From NCBI RefSeq assembly GCF_018977255.1, contig NW_024704742.1:134976001-135040000 (forward strand): 64,000 bases of DNA, written 5' to 3'. Within the stretch, counting starts at the first letter, position 1; each line of letters opens with the position of its first letter. Below the pieces are notes generated by a model. The model was not told the origin of the DNA and searched no databases. It worked only from the letters and a program-made list of their open reading frames with translations. Source of the DNA: Callorhinchus milii. Its lineage: Eukaryota. This document shows positions 25,204 through 38,669 of this stretch, piece by piece. The translations under genes were made by a program, and so were the position numbers.

Positions 25204-28200
25204 GTACTTGTACAACACATACAGAAAAAGTCCTCCTGTGTATGTGCGCGTGTGTGTGTGTTGTATTCATAAAAACAGAAAGCTCTCCGTTCTGGTGTAC
25301 TAATCACAAAGCTACTTTGCAGTCCCCAGTCTTTCCTCCCCAGGATGATCCATGGGCTGGCTCACTGGGGAAACGGGAGGGACAAAGTGGCAACAGACAG
25401 ACGAGTCTCCACTGCATGCATGGGCTGCTTTGCCAAATGACTAAAATGTGCGCTGAGGCACGGTGATAGTCCCCTCAATCTTCTTCACAAGTGGTTAAAA
25501 ATGTCATTTGGCAGAAACAGATAATCAGGTTTCCAGGGGACGCTCCCCCCCACCTCGTTGCTCGAAAAGAATGCAAAGAAACCCGCAGCGGCCCCGTTAT
25601 CCTCCATAATAATTTGCGCCCGAGGCTTATCTGTGGCAATTATGACATGTCAGGATCTCACTTTCAACACGAGAAGAAAGAAGAAAAAAAGGTCAAGGCA
25701 ACTCATCTTTCTCCTCCCCCCACCCCCCACCCCCAAACTAGTAACAGCTGTACATCAATTGCACTACTTGTCCTCGCTACAGAAACCCTCAACTCATTCC
25801 TCCGTTGTTCCTTTAAAAACAATTGTGGCTATTATATATGAAATTGTGTTAACTGCAGCACCCAGGGGAGGGAAGAGGGGAGAGCGGGAGGGAGGCGAGA
25901 AGGATAAAAAGGATGCTTGAACAGAAAAATGGCAGCATAACTGTACGCATACACACGATTGCTTAATAGCTCCACTCAGTACTGTAGGGTTCTTACAGAT
26001 GGAGTTAGTATTTTTTTGCTTTGAGAATGAGAGGAGCCAGAACATATCGCTATTCAGTGACATTGCCTCCCTCCCTTTTCAGGGAAAAAAATAGTCCTTG
26101 CATTTAATAACCCTTGCATTTGATAAAGCACCTTATCGCGTTGTTGCGATGTCTCAAAGTGCTTCGCAGAATATATTGTAAAATTTATTTTGTGGGTGAA
26201 ACGCAGCAGCCAATTGTGCACACCAGTGTCCCACAAACAGTCGAGGGTTGAGTGACCAAATTTATTTATTTATTTTGCAATAAATTATTACCCCCATTAT
26301 TACCCCCGGAAAGTGATCCAGTAATTGGTTTCCTACTTACTGCTAGATTAACAGGGGCATGTGGAGTAAGGAAACTTGCCCAAGGTTAACCCCGCCCGGG
26401 AATCGAACCCAGTTGTTAGGCGAGTGCTCTAACCGCAATTATTTAAATACATATACGCATTAGATTGAGCTCTGGGTACCTAGATTGAACCGTCCATTCA
26501 TTGGTTCTGCATAAGATTGCACTGGTACAGCCCTATGCATTGTGGCTTTAAGGGAGGAGAGAACGAAGGGAGGGGGACAGAGAGAGAAAGCGCGGTGTGG
26601 GGGGGGGTAAAGGGAAGAGAATTGTAGACAAGCAAATAATGATGCTCTGGGTTTTTAATAAGATCAACATTTCACTGGCTAAGAATGTGTTGTTAAGCCA
26701 CAATTACTGTATCAAATTGTTTACTTATAATAATAAGAATGTCATTTAGTACAGCACCAATAACATCAAAAGGTCTCAAAGTGCTGCACAGTCATTACTG
26801 CTAAGCGCAGTGACTGCATATTTGCAGTGTTGCAATCTGAGTACATACATGCGATTCCATAGCAACATTCAGCAATCCTCGCCTACCATTATAGTTCAAT
26901 AACTTAACCCTACACGCACCAAAAAATGGTTACCGGTCAAGCCCTGCTCCTTCAGAACATGCACTGAGAAAGGATTAAAGGGGAGGTCAGAAGCGAATTC
27001 ATTTACTCAGAGGGTGGTTAGAGTGTGGAACACTCCGCACAAACTATCATTGGCGATTCCATAACTTAATTGATTGATGCTTGAAACTGAGAATTATTAA
27101 AAGGAGCGAGCAGGAGATTGGCAATAGGCGAGGTGGCTCATGTGGTGAAAAACACCAGCAGAAACCTGACAATAATAATAACAATAACGATCCTTGCATT
27201 TGATAATGCGCCTTATTGTGTCATCTCAAAACGCTTTACATAATATGCTATAAAGTGAAAAGACTATATTTTGTGGGTGAAATGCAGTAGCCAATTGCAC
27301 ACAGCAGTGTCCCACAGTTGTGGACTGAGTTACCGAATTATTATTATTATTTATTTACTTTGAAGGGATTATTACTCCCCAGAAAGCGATCCGCCAATCG
27401 ACAAACAACTGGGTTCCTACTTACTGCTAAGTAAACAGAGGTGTGTGAATTAAGGAAACTTGCCTAAGGTTTTGCCCCGCCTGGGAATCAACCCCAGATT
27501 CTCTTGCTTGCAAGGCGAGCGCTTTAACCACTACACAACACAAATTCATGGGCCGAATGGCTCTTTTTTGCACTGTTATAATCTATGGTTCCACGCTATT
27601 GACTCTATCCCAATCCACACCAACTCCAGGGGGAAAAGATTAAGTATAACCCGATTCCTCACCACTAACAAAGTGCCCCACCCCCCACTTCTCCCGAGAA
27701 GATGCTTTATCGTCACCATTCATCCCTGCTTCGTCTGCCTTCTCCCAGCAGTCATTGTGTCCTTGGAGTATTTGATCTCCTCAGTCTAAACCTAACCTTA
27801 AAGCCTTCAGACCAAATATGCTGCCAATTCCTTTATTACCAGAGTTAATTCATCTCAGATCTACAGCGACTACTGGGAGTCTAACACACATCCGTGAGAG
27901 CGTGCGTGGGAAACGTCCTTATCATCAGTCTCACTTAAGGCTTGTTAATTTTAAACCCGTGTCCTCTTAGTCTTGCATTCACAGTCCAAGGTAAACAGTG
28001 TGCGTGCAACACTTCAAGCCGTGGGCTGTTTGATTATGTGGGGTTGACGTCCGCTGCTATCTGCTGTGGCTCCCAGTTGGCAGTGGCAAGAAGCTGCACT
28101 GAATACTCAATAAACAGAGCCCGCAAACTCCAAATGTACACATTATACAGAACAAAGGCTCCAGTGTCCCTCAAGGACGCAGGCCATTTCAGCATTCAGA

Positions 28201-28304
28201 TGGTGCTGATAAGCTGCTCTTGCTGTTTCTAATGTCATTACAACCCCTCAACATGCCACCGTCCTACAGCACGCTTACCGTTCAGGAGTTATATGCTATT
28301 AGAC

Positions 28305-29215
28305 TGCCTCACAGACTGCCTGTCGGACATCAAGTGCTGGATGATAGCTAACTTCCTGCAGTTGAATGTCATCAAGACTGTGGCCCTCCTGCTTGACTCC
28401 CATCAGCGCTTCCATACCTTGGGCGCTGACAGTATCTCCCTCCATGGATGCACCCTACATCTCATGCAGCCAATATGGAACCTTGGTGTCCTATTCGACC
28501 CTCAATTATCCTTCAAACACCACATCTGTGCCATGATCTGCTCAGCCTTTCCCCATCTCTGTAACATCGCTCAGCTCTGCCATTGTCTCACACCGCAGGT
28601 TGCCAAGGCCCTCATACAAGCATTCATAACATCCAGGCTCAACTACACAAACTCGTTGCTTCTCAGCCTTCCCAGCTCCTCCCTCCATAGGCTGCAGATC
28701 TTCCAGAAGCCCGTGTCCTCTCCCGCACCAGATTCTACGACCTATCAACTCCACAATCGCCCAATTCCACTGGCTTCCCATCACACAGAGGATACAGTTC
28801 AAAATCCTGATCTTCACCTTCAAAGCTCTCCAAGGTCTTGCTCCCCCCTACCTCTGCGACCGCCTAACCCCTTATCAACCTGCCCACTCTCTCTGCTCAG
28901 CGAGCTCTGCCTGCTTCACGTCCCCCGCCTCGCCTGCCACACCATTGGTGAGTGGGCCTTCAGCAACTCTGCCCATCCTCTGGAACTCCATTCCGCAGTC
29001 TGCCTGCCTCGCCACCTCCCCCCCTTGCCTTCTTCACAACCCATCTCAAGATCCTCCTCTTCGACACTCCTTCCCCCTCGCCCACCCCCCCCCACCCACC
29101 ACCCCGATCCCAACCCCCAGCTCTGGTCCAAAACATTAACTACATTAACTGTTCCAGCGTCTTGGGACGTCCTCCTACATGAAAGACGCTATACAAATGT
29201 AATTTTGTTTGTTGT
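28305..29215 (+). mobile_element. Older 5'-truncated L2 LINE
   Basis: TDCLSDIK..NFLQLN, NLGVLFDPQLSF and ITSRLNY. Degenerate L2 tail at 29155-29215. Confidence 0.9.
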
Positions 29216-29939
29216 TTATGTTTGTGTGTTAGACGTTTTATAGAATGACTTGAGGCTGATCTATACTGGAAATGGCCACACTGCAGAAATATCACATTAT
29301 ACTGCTGTTCTGAAGTAGCACATTTTTAGATGCAAAGTGAGACTTGGATGATCCGCCAATAATGAATAAACCCTCCTTGTCTTCCTGGATGGAAGAAACT
29401 GACTCTATTGAGGTTTCTCTGCATAAAAGAAGTGAGTCAGGGAGGACATGGGAAGCTGAGTTGGGGAAGAGAGGAAGGTGTGAGAAGGTGACAAGAGAAA
29501 AGCCTGAGGTAGGGGCTGAATTAATAATAATAATGATTTTCACTTTGGAATGTCTCTTTGACATGATAAAGGACTATATCAAATGCAAGGATTATTATTA
29601 TATATACTAATAAAGATGAAGCATGTGTTTCTGTGTTTCCGGCAGTAACGCAATAACCGATTGACATAGAGACATGATTTATGCCTCATCTGAAAGATCT
29701 TGCATGTGGGAGGGTCATTTTTTTTGAGGGATCTTCTATCGTTGATGAGCTGTATTTAAAAAATGCTTTCATTAAGCCCAAAAATATGAGGTATGCATGG
29801 CATTCTACAACAAAGTAGCGACAGAGGAAATCACACACCCTAGATGCATACGGTATCTAAAGAAATACATTTATACTAATATATTCTGCAACAAATATAT
29901 GGTAGATTTTTGGGGGGTTGTCATGGGAGCTACAGTGCT

Positions 29940-30052
29940 CCCAACAGGAGTCCTATGTCCTATCAACGGGAATCCTCCAAACCAGGAGTCCTACCAACAG
30001 GAGTCCTCCCACTGAGTCTTCTCACTCAGTCCTCCCACAGGAGTCCTCCCAA
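29940..30052. repeat. Degenerate minisatellite with a unit of about CCAACAGGAGTCCT
   Basis: (CAGG)AGTCCT recurs about 7 times with 13-22 nt spacing. Confidence 0.75.
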
Positions 30053-30206
30053 TAGCACATTTTCTAAGCAAAAATGAAGACTTTCAAGGACAAATAAAAA
30101 TACCAGGCAAAAGAGAGAAGGCTGATTAAATTAAACTGAAGAACAAAGAGCAGCACGGCTGGACTTCAATGCTGAAAGGACTGCAAGAAACAGCACGGTT
30201 GGACTT

Positions 30207-30494
30207 AATAATAATAATAATCCTTGGATTTGATATTGCGCTTTTCACGTCTCAAAGCGCTTCACAGAATAGTCTGTAAAGTGAGTTAACCGTATATTTA
30301 TGGGTGAAACACGGCAGTCAATTGTGCACAGCAGTGTCCCACAAACAGTCGTGGATTGAAGTGACCCATTTTATTATTGTTAATTTTTTCTTGAGGGATT
30401 ATTATCAGGCGTATGGCCAAGGTTTCGCCCTGCTGGGAAACGATCCCAGGTCTCTCGCTTGTGAGGCGTGTGCTCTAACCACTGAGCTACAGGA
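30207..30494 (-). mobile_element. SINE, short or intermediate type, inserted in a degenerate tandem repeat
   Basis: Head and tail are present. It shares GATTATTATCAGGCGT with the copies at 17773-18063 and 50113-50338. Confidence 0.85.
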
Positions 30495-32679
30495 CTTGGA
30501 CTCAGAAAGGCATGCAAGAACACGGCAAAATGAATTACCCGCTCAAACAACAGCACGGCTGGGCTTCGACACAGAAAGATGGACACAAAGTGTTTATGAC
30601 ATGTTAAATGGTTTGTGAGTGATATCACTGATATCTACATTACATATTGGATCCTTTGATGGCAAGCGTAGTTGCAATGGGTACAGCTAGTTATTAATAA
30701 ATCCAGATAGACCCAGGTTGGAATTTTGCCCCCGAAAAGTATTGCAATATAGGAGTGCACTATGTAAAGCAAAAATGTCACGTAATTTAATTTCTTAACC
30801 CCGTTCCTTTCCTTGACATTTAGAAAAGAGCATCTGTGTACCACTAGGTGCCTGGTGCACTCGCACTCACACACACAGCCTCAGAGGGAACCCGCTGAAG
30901 AACAAAGGATATCAACAGCTGACACTGACACTTAACCTGGAGGTACACACAACATCAAAGCAACACTTGCTTTGGCTGCACTTAGACCAGTTTATATATT
31001 ACTCAGTGCATGTCAGATTTCTCAATTCATATGATACACTGGCTTTGTATTTTCTCTCAGGAATCCAGACGCCACAAAATCCGACTCTCAACAAACACAC
31101 ACGCTCTCTCTCTCTCAGGCAGCTTTCAGTGACACATGAGGAGTCAGATGAAGCACAGGCTGTGACTCACTCACTTTAAAAATAATAAGAAGCCTTGCAT
31201 TTGATTTGATGCAGCGCCTTTCACGTCAGATTGTCTCAAAGCGCTTCACAGGATTTTACTGTATTAACAACAACTTGCATTTATATTGCGTCCCTCATAC
31301 AGGGTAGATCCCAGAACGCTTGGTCTGTACTGTAAATTGCTTTATTTTTATCGGCAAACGCAGCAGCATACTTGCCTACAGTAATATCCGCCAAACAGCC
31401 AAGGGGTGAATGGCCAATTCCTACCTTGAGAGTTACTTGTTCGCTACCCAGAGCCCACCCCACAAAGACACATTGAGAAAAGGAATTCAGCAGTTGCGTG
31501 TGTGTTGGTTGGAGATGGGGGGCGGGGGTGAAAGAGGGAGATAAGAAGATATATTCCTGCAACTCTCACTGCTTTAGTGTGTATGCTACGAGTACGAGCC
31601 ACCCGTCTTGCCTATGGCCATTTCTATTTTGGAGAAATTCAATCCTAATAGCATTTAATGGATTATCAAAAGTTATGGTTAAAGAGAAAATAAACTACAC
31701 AAAGAATCCTTTGGTTCAAAGCTCAAAGACTTCAAACGTGCTACTGCCACCTTCCCCTGCGCCCCCCTCCTCTGCTCAGGATCCAACTCTGTCCCTGTAA
31801 AGCTCTCCCAGACATGACCCTATGTGAAGGGCACGATATATAAAACATACAATTCGCTATACAATATACAGTATTCTGTGAAGCATGTTGAGGCGTCTCA
31901 ACGACGTGATAAGGTGCTATATAAAATGCAAGGATTATTATATTATTATCGCCATTATTATAAATTCAAGCGGTTGTTGTTCTTTCACCAGAACAAATTT
32001 TGTTTCTTCTTTTTCTGTTGTATTGGAATTCAAGAGTGTATTACATAAAGGAAAAACAATAGCGCAGGTATTTTTAATCCTGCCCCGCATTCTCGGTTTA
32101 GTAAGGCTGCCACCATCCTCCTGCAGTCAGCTGTTTGTGTAACATATGTTAACTGGAAGAGTGTAGTGGTTCCATGAGTTTTATTTGGCAGATTATTTGG
32201 CAGATGTGTAGCTTTGGATCCAGTCTGAGAAACGATCTGCAGCCAAGCTCACAAACATGACAATACTCAGTACCAGACCTGACTCAGCATCTCATGTTAA
32301 CCCAGCAGCTAATGAGATGTTAAGCTGAAATCTTGCTTAAACGTTCAGGTGGACGCTAAGAACTCACACTGCGAGAGCATTCACCACCATCTTTCTGCCC
32401 GCAGTTCGGACACACATCCCTGCCTGTTCAGCGATGGTTCCACCAGTTGGAGGTGGGGAGCTTGAACAGTAGCTGCTTACACAAGCCAATCGAAGTGGAT
32501 TCCAAGCCCTGGATATATGAACCCATGTTCACAAACCTTGACTCGAGGTAACGCCTTCCATTGGCTGTCATCCCTATCCTCAAAGTCCTCATTAGCTGCT
32601 GCGTTTCCCCACAAAAATACACAGTAAATTCACTTTACAGTATATTCTGTGAAGCACTTTGAGTTATCTCAATGACGTG

Positions 32680-32680
<1 letters not shown>

Positions 32681-32741
<61 letters not shown>

Positions 32742-33048
32742 CCTTGCATTTGATATAGCGCTTTTCACATCGGGAGGACGTCCCAAAGCGCTTCACAGAA
32801 TATACTGTAAAGTGAATTGACTGTATATTTGTGGGCGAACGCGGCAGCCAATTGCGCACAGCAATGTCCCACAAACAGTCGTAGATTGAAAATGACCATT
32901 TTATTATTGTTTTTTGGTTTTGGAGGGATTATTATTAGGCTCTGTGTGGAGTAAGGAAACTTGCCCAAGGTTTCGCCCTGCCTGGAATTGAACTCAGGTC
33001 TCTCGCTTGCAAAGCGAGTGCTCTAACCACTGAGCTACAGGACTCCAC
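32681..33048 (-). mobile_element. Full-length young tRNA-derived SINE (short subfamily) with a (TTA)20 tail
   Basis: Head GTGGAGTCCTGTAGCTCAGTGGTTAGAGCACTCGCTTTGCAAGCGAGAGACCTGAGTTCAATTCC, with A box, B box and an Ala(TGC)-like anticodon arm CTCGC-TTTGCAA-GCGAG. L2-like 3' tail. Short GATAA target duplication. Confidence 0.93.
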
Positions 33049-33147
33049 GATAAGTTGCTATATGAGAATACTCCCTCTCTTGCGTCATTCAAGGCATGTC
33101 TCAAGATCCTCCTTTTGGACCATGCCTTTGGCCACCCTCCTACCCTT

Positions 33148-34620
33148 CAACAACAACAACAACAACAACAACAAGATTCCATTTATAGAGCGCCTTTCAC
33201 GTCAGGAGGACGTCCCAAGGCGCTGCACAGTTGGGTCATGACCCGAGCAGGGGGGAAATGGTCAGGGTGAGGGGAGGGAAGGGAGGGAGAGAGGAGGGGG
33301 AAATGGTCAGGGTGAGGGGAGGGAAGGGAGGGAGCGAGGAGGAGGAAGAGAGTCGAGAGGGGAGCTGAAGGCACGGTCAAAGAGAAAGGTTTTGAGACCG
33401 GCCTTGAAGGAGGAAAGGGAGGAAGCAAGGCGAAGGCACTGGGGGATGGAGTTCCAGAGCCTCGGGGCTGAGAGGCTGAAGGCCCGACCACCGATAGTAG
33501 GGCGGTTGGGGCGGGGGACGTGGAGCAGACCGGAGCCAGAGGAACGGAGGGTACGGGCAGGTAGGTAGGGGGATAGTAGGTTGGAGAGGTAGGAGGGAGC
33601 AAGGCCGTGAATGGCCTTGTAGGTGAGGATGAGGATCTTGAAATCAATCCTCTGGGGGATGGGGAGCCAGTGGAGGCGAGCGAGGGTGGGAGTGATGTGG
33701 TCCCGAAGCCTGGTGCGGGACAGTACACGAGCTGCAGAGTTCTGAATGACCTGCAGCTTGTGGAGGGAGGTGGCGGGAAGGCCGGCGAGGAGAGAGTTCC
33801 CATAGTCCAGCCTTGAGGTGACAAAGGCGTGAACCAGGGTTTCAGCAGCGTGAGGGGTGAGGTAGTGCCGTAATCTGGCGATATTCCGGAGGTGATGGAA
33901 GGCGGTGCCAGTTGTGGTGCGGATGTGAGGGAGAAAGGACAGCTCAGGGTCGAACAAAACGCCGAGGTTCCTGACTGGCTTTGAGAGGTGGAGAGTGCAG
34001 CCTTGGATGCTGATGGTGTCAGCGCCTGAGGTGCGGAGGCGCTGACGTGAGCCAATCAGGAGGGCCTCGGTTTTTCGCACGTTGAGCTGAAGAAAGTTGT
34101 CTCTCGTCCAGGACTCGATGTCGGACAGGCAGCTGTCAGGACATCGGTGGTCGTGGAGTTGAGAGTAGAGGAGGAAAGGTAGAGTTGGGTGTCATCCGCA
34201 TACATGTGGAAGTTAACCCCATGTTTGCGGATGATGTCACCAAGGGGGAGCATATAGAGGGTGAAGAGGAGGGGACCGAGGACAGAGCCCTGAGGGACAC
34301 CACATGAGACAGTACGGGGGGTGGAGGAGAAGCCATTCGTTGAGACGAAGTGAAGACGGTGAGAAAGGTACGACCTAAACCATTCAAGGACAGTGCCTTG
34401 AAAGTTGAGGTGGGAGGACAAGCGGTGGAGTAGGATAGTGTGGTCGACCGTATCGAATGCTGCCGATAGGTCGAGGAGGACGAGGAGACAGAGGGAGCCC
34501 TGGTCACAGATGGTCAGGATGTCATTGGTGACCTTGACCAGGGCAGTTTCTGTGCTATGAGCAGCACGGAAACCTGACTGAAGGGGTTCAAAGCACGGAA
34601 ACCTGACTGAAGGGGTTCAA
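33148..34620 (-). mobile_element. Young 5'-truncated L2-clade LINE (RT C-terminal half plus 3' tail), one frameshift near 34130
   Basis: RT motifs [36 protein letters not shown] and YADDTQLY. L2-typical C-terminus RLDYGNSLLAG...LHWLPI..RIDFKIL. Tail ...GGCGCTCTATAAATGGAATC(TTG)n. Confidence 0.95.
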
Positions 34621-35966
34621 CCACTCTTAACTCAAACCCCCCACCCCCTGCTCAGGTCCAAATCCCTACTGGCCAGGGGTTTGGGACTCTCCCGATGTGA
34701 AAGGTGCTGTACAAATGTAATTTTGTATTGTATATCAAATGCAAGGAATGATTATTATTTGCTTTAAACATGGTGAGAGAACCTTTACAGGATAGTTTGT
34801 GACGTGCCAGATGTTCTAGATCTGAGTTAACAGTCCTTCTCCAGGACTACTGAACTATGAGCAAAATATTCCTATATTCTTTCTAGTTGTTATCCTGCCT
34901 TTAACTTATTGGGTTCAATGGTAGAACTTGAGCTTTGCATCAAAGAGAGGACCTTGGATACATTTCCCATCGATATTTTCTCATGATTTTTCATGGCACT
35001 GCAGCATTCTTTTTTTATTACTGAATTGAATCCAATTTTTGATAGAGACGAAGCTGATTCCTCCAGAGAATTCTAGGACTCAAAAAACATAGAGAGGAAC
35101 GCAGAATCACTTTCTGAGTAAAATGGTTGTTGTTATAATAATCCTCGCGTTTAATACTGCACCTTTTAGGACATCTCAAAACTTCTCACGTCTTACTGTG
35201 ATGTGCAATATTTTGTTGGTTGAATGCAGCACCCAATTTGCTCACAGCAATGTCCCACAAACAGCCACAAAGTGAATGACCAATTTTATCTGGGGCTTGT
35301 TCGCCGGGAAACCCGGAGAGAGAAACTCCCTTCTCTTTTCGAAAAGTGACAAAGGATCTTTAACCCATCAAAAGGTGAGAGTGCAGTCAAAAGAGCCAGG
35401 CTGACACTCTGTTCGATTTGTGTTAGTCAGAAAGAAGGGCAGTTGAAGACATCAACCACTTGTGTTACACAGGATGGGGTGTGGTAGGGTCAGGGTAGAG
35501 GGAGTAGGAAGGGGGAAGGGGGAGAAACAATCAAACCTGTGTTTTTATAACACTTTATCAGGTTCAGATATCTTGAAGCACTTTACATGTAATTACTGTC
35601 AAGATTGATAACTGCTTTCATAGAGAAACACAGCAGCCGGTTCCTTCAGCCAAGCCCCGCAAACAGCAGCGAGGCGAATGTCCAATTTAACTGCAGAAAC
35701 TCCCTGCTCCTTTGAAAAGTGCCTCGGGAATCTTTGACGCCCACGTGAAGAATTGGTGGAGGAGAATAAGAAGCATCGAGATTCAGCGCCTTCATGAAAT
35801 TGTTTTTTTCCCTGTCTTTTGGATGAGATGTTAAACCGAGGTTTCCTCTGCCTGTTCAGGTGAACGTTAAAGATCCCACGACACTATTCAAAATGAAGAG
35901 TTTCTCTCTCCCGTGTCCTGGCCAACAAACCTCAGATAAAATTGGGTCACTCACTCCATGTCTGTT

Positions 35967-37515
35967 CCTACCCCTCTCCTTAAATCCCAGCTCCACCCTT
36001 GCCCCACTACTCGCCGACATCATTAACCTCTCCCTGTCATCTGGCACTGTTCCTTCCCCCCTCAAAACAGCCACTATCACCCCCACCCTGAAGAAACCTT
36101 CCCTCGACCCATCACAGCTAACTAGCTACCGGACCATCTTAAATCTTCCCTTCCTATCCAAGGTCCTTGAGAGAGCCATTGGCTCCCAGCTTCGCTCCTT
36201 CCTCTCCTCACTGCTTCCACGAACCCCTCCAATCAGGTTTACGAGTTGCCCACAGCACGGAAACTGCTCTGGTCAAGGCCACAAACGCCATCCTGACCAT
36301 GTGTGCCAGGGTTCCCTCTGCCTCCTTGTCCTCTCTGTCGCCTTTGACACCGTGGACCACTCAATCCTCCTCCGCCACCTCTCCTCCCACCTCAACCTTC
36401 AAGGTTCCTACCTTTCACACTGCCTCCACTTTGTGGCGACAAATGGTTTCTCCTCCAGCCCCTGCACCATCTTGTGCGGTGTTCCTCAGGGCTCTGTCCT
36501 CGGTCCCCTTCTCTTCACCCTCTACATGCTCCCACTTGGTGACGTCATCTGCAGACATGGGGTAAATTTCCACATGTATGCGGATGACACCCAACTCTAC
36601 CTCTCTGCCTCCACCCTGAACTCCAGGACTATTGGGGTCCTGACCGACTGCCTGTCCGACATCAAGTCCTGGACGAGGGTCAACTTTCTCCAATTCAACG
36701 TCAGCAAGACCGAGGCCCTCCTGAGTGGCTCGAGCCAGCGCCTCCGCACCTCAGGTGCTGGCAGCATCAGCCTCCACGGCTGCACACTCAACCTCACTAA
36801 GCCAGTCAGGAACCTGGGTGTCTTGTTTGACCCTGAACTGTCCTTTCTCCCCCACATCCGCGCCATGACTGGCACTGCCTACCACCACCTCCGCAACATT
36901 GTCAGGCTCTGCCTCACCCCTCAGGCTGCCGAAACCCTCACTCACGCATTTGTCACCTCAAGGCTCGATTACGGGAACTCCCTCCTCATCGGCCTTCCCA
37001 ACTCTTCCCTTCACAAGCTGCAGATCATCCAAAACTCTGCAGCTCATGTACTTTCACGCACCAGGCTCCACGACCCCATCACTCCCACCCTCACCCGACT
37101 CCACTGGCTCCCCATGCCCCAGAGGATCGAGTTCAAGATCCTCATCCTCACCTTTAAGGCCATCCATGGCCTTGCCCCCTCCTACCTCTCTGACCTGCTG
37201 ACTCCCTACTAACCTGCTCGCTCCCTCCGTTCATCAGGCTCCGGTCTGCTCCATGTCTCCAGCCCAACCCGCCCTACTATCAGTGGCCGGGCTTTCAGCC
37301 TCTCTGCCCCCACACTCTGGAACTCCATCCCAAAGTCCCTTTGCCTCACTTCCTCCCTTACATCCTTCAAGGCCGGTCTCAAGTCCCTTCTCTTCGAACG
37401 TGCCTTTGGTCTCCCTCCCACCTCTCTGCCTTCCCTCACCCCTGCACCACCCCTCCCTTCATGCTCGGGCCCTGACATGAAAGGCGCTCTATAAATGCAA
37501 ATTTTGTTGTTGTTG
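35967..37515 (+). mobile_element. 5'-truncated L2 LINE (RT region to tail) with compensating frameshifts and an internal stop
   Basis: The 450-aa ORF contains [43 protein letters not shown] and LHWLP. Ends in (TTG)n at about 37503-37515. Confidence 0.95.
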
Positions 37516-38669
37516 ACGTGAACGGAAATATCAAATGTAAAGATTATTATACTGGTTTTAATATAAGGCCGCTCTTTTTTTAAAAATGGAGTGACTAAAT
37601 TATTATTATTTATTTTGATGGAATTATTGCCCTGGAAACGCGATCTGCCAATCTACTAACAACCAGGTTCCTACTTACTGCTGGGTAAACAGAGGCGTGT
37701 AGAGTAAGAAAACTTGCCGAATGTTTCGCCCTGCCGGGAATCGAACCCAGGTCTTCTCGCTTGCGAGGCAAGTGCTCTAACCACTCCACAAATGGCTGAT
37801 TTTGATTTCTCTCAAGGTGTGTAATCCACACTTTAGCTGTCAATGTGGCCCCAGGGTAATGAGCAGCTCAATAGCTGGCATCATTTTATAATTAAACAGC
37901 TCACAAACCATTTGTAAGGTCAGCGGAAATTAATGTCTCAAGTTGAACAAGGTCGACATGCAAGTTTCTATGGAGATTTTGCCAGTGCCAAGTGGAGTGC
38001 AAGGAGGAGCTTTTGATTTTGCTAACTGTAAAATGTTCCGAGCACAAGCTTGTATCTCAGCTGGGCTGTGGCTTAGTAACCAAAAAAAGGAGGCGGGGGA
38101 GAGAGAATGGGAAACTTAAGACTGTTACAAGAGTTGAGGGGAGGTTAAAACATTTCTTTGAAAACTTAGAATGCTTTAACGTGGTCGCCTCTCAAGCGAG
38201 AGGACCCGGGTTCAATTCCCGGCAGGGCGAAACGTTTCGCAGGTTTCCTTACTCCATACGCCTCTGTTTACCTAGCAGTAAGTAGGAACCCGGTTGTTAG
38301 TCGATTGGCGGATCACTTTCTGGGGGTAATAATCCTTTCAAAAAAAATGTGGTCACTCAATCCATGACTATTTGTGCGCAATTGGCTGTCACGTTTCACT
38401 GACAAAATACAGAACCAATCCAGTTTACAATAAGGTACTATATCAAATTCAAGTATTCTTATTATTACGGGTGGATCAGAAACCTGCTATCAAGTCTCTG
38501 CCAACGGTACTGAACACCCGGCTGTGGAGAGATCAGAGACACTGGCTCGTATGACTCGGCTCCAGTTGGAGGAGAAGAATTGGCAAAAATCCCTGAAACA
38601 ATTTAAGTCTCCGACTAGCCAGATTGGCAGAAGTGACATTAGCAAAATACAGTGTACCACTCTGATTAA

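Noticed and set aside
29940..30580. CRISPR-like repeat-spacer array
   Set aside because: The units are short, degenerate and irregular, there are no cas genes, and the context is a vertebrate intron.
32635..32874. Poly-Tyr ORF and the many similar 60-100 aa ORFs ending KRYIKCKDYY
   Set aside because: These are translations of SINE tails and the (TTA)n microsatellite.
32975..33048. tRNA-Ala(TGC)-like sequence, and similar heads elsewhere, as tRNA genes
   Set aside because: There is no proper acceptor stem, and each copy is fused to the SINE body and tail. These are SINE heads.
35860..37212. 450-aa ORF as a functional reverse transcriptase gene
   Set aside because: It starts in SINE sequence, lacks the endonuclease domain, is out of frame through the QSGFR/HSTETAL region and stops prematurely.
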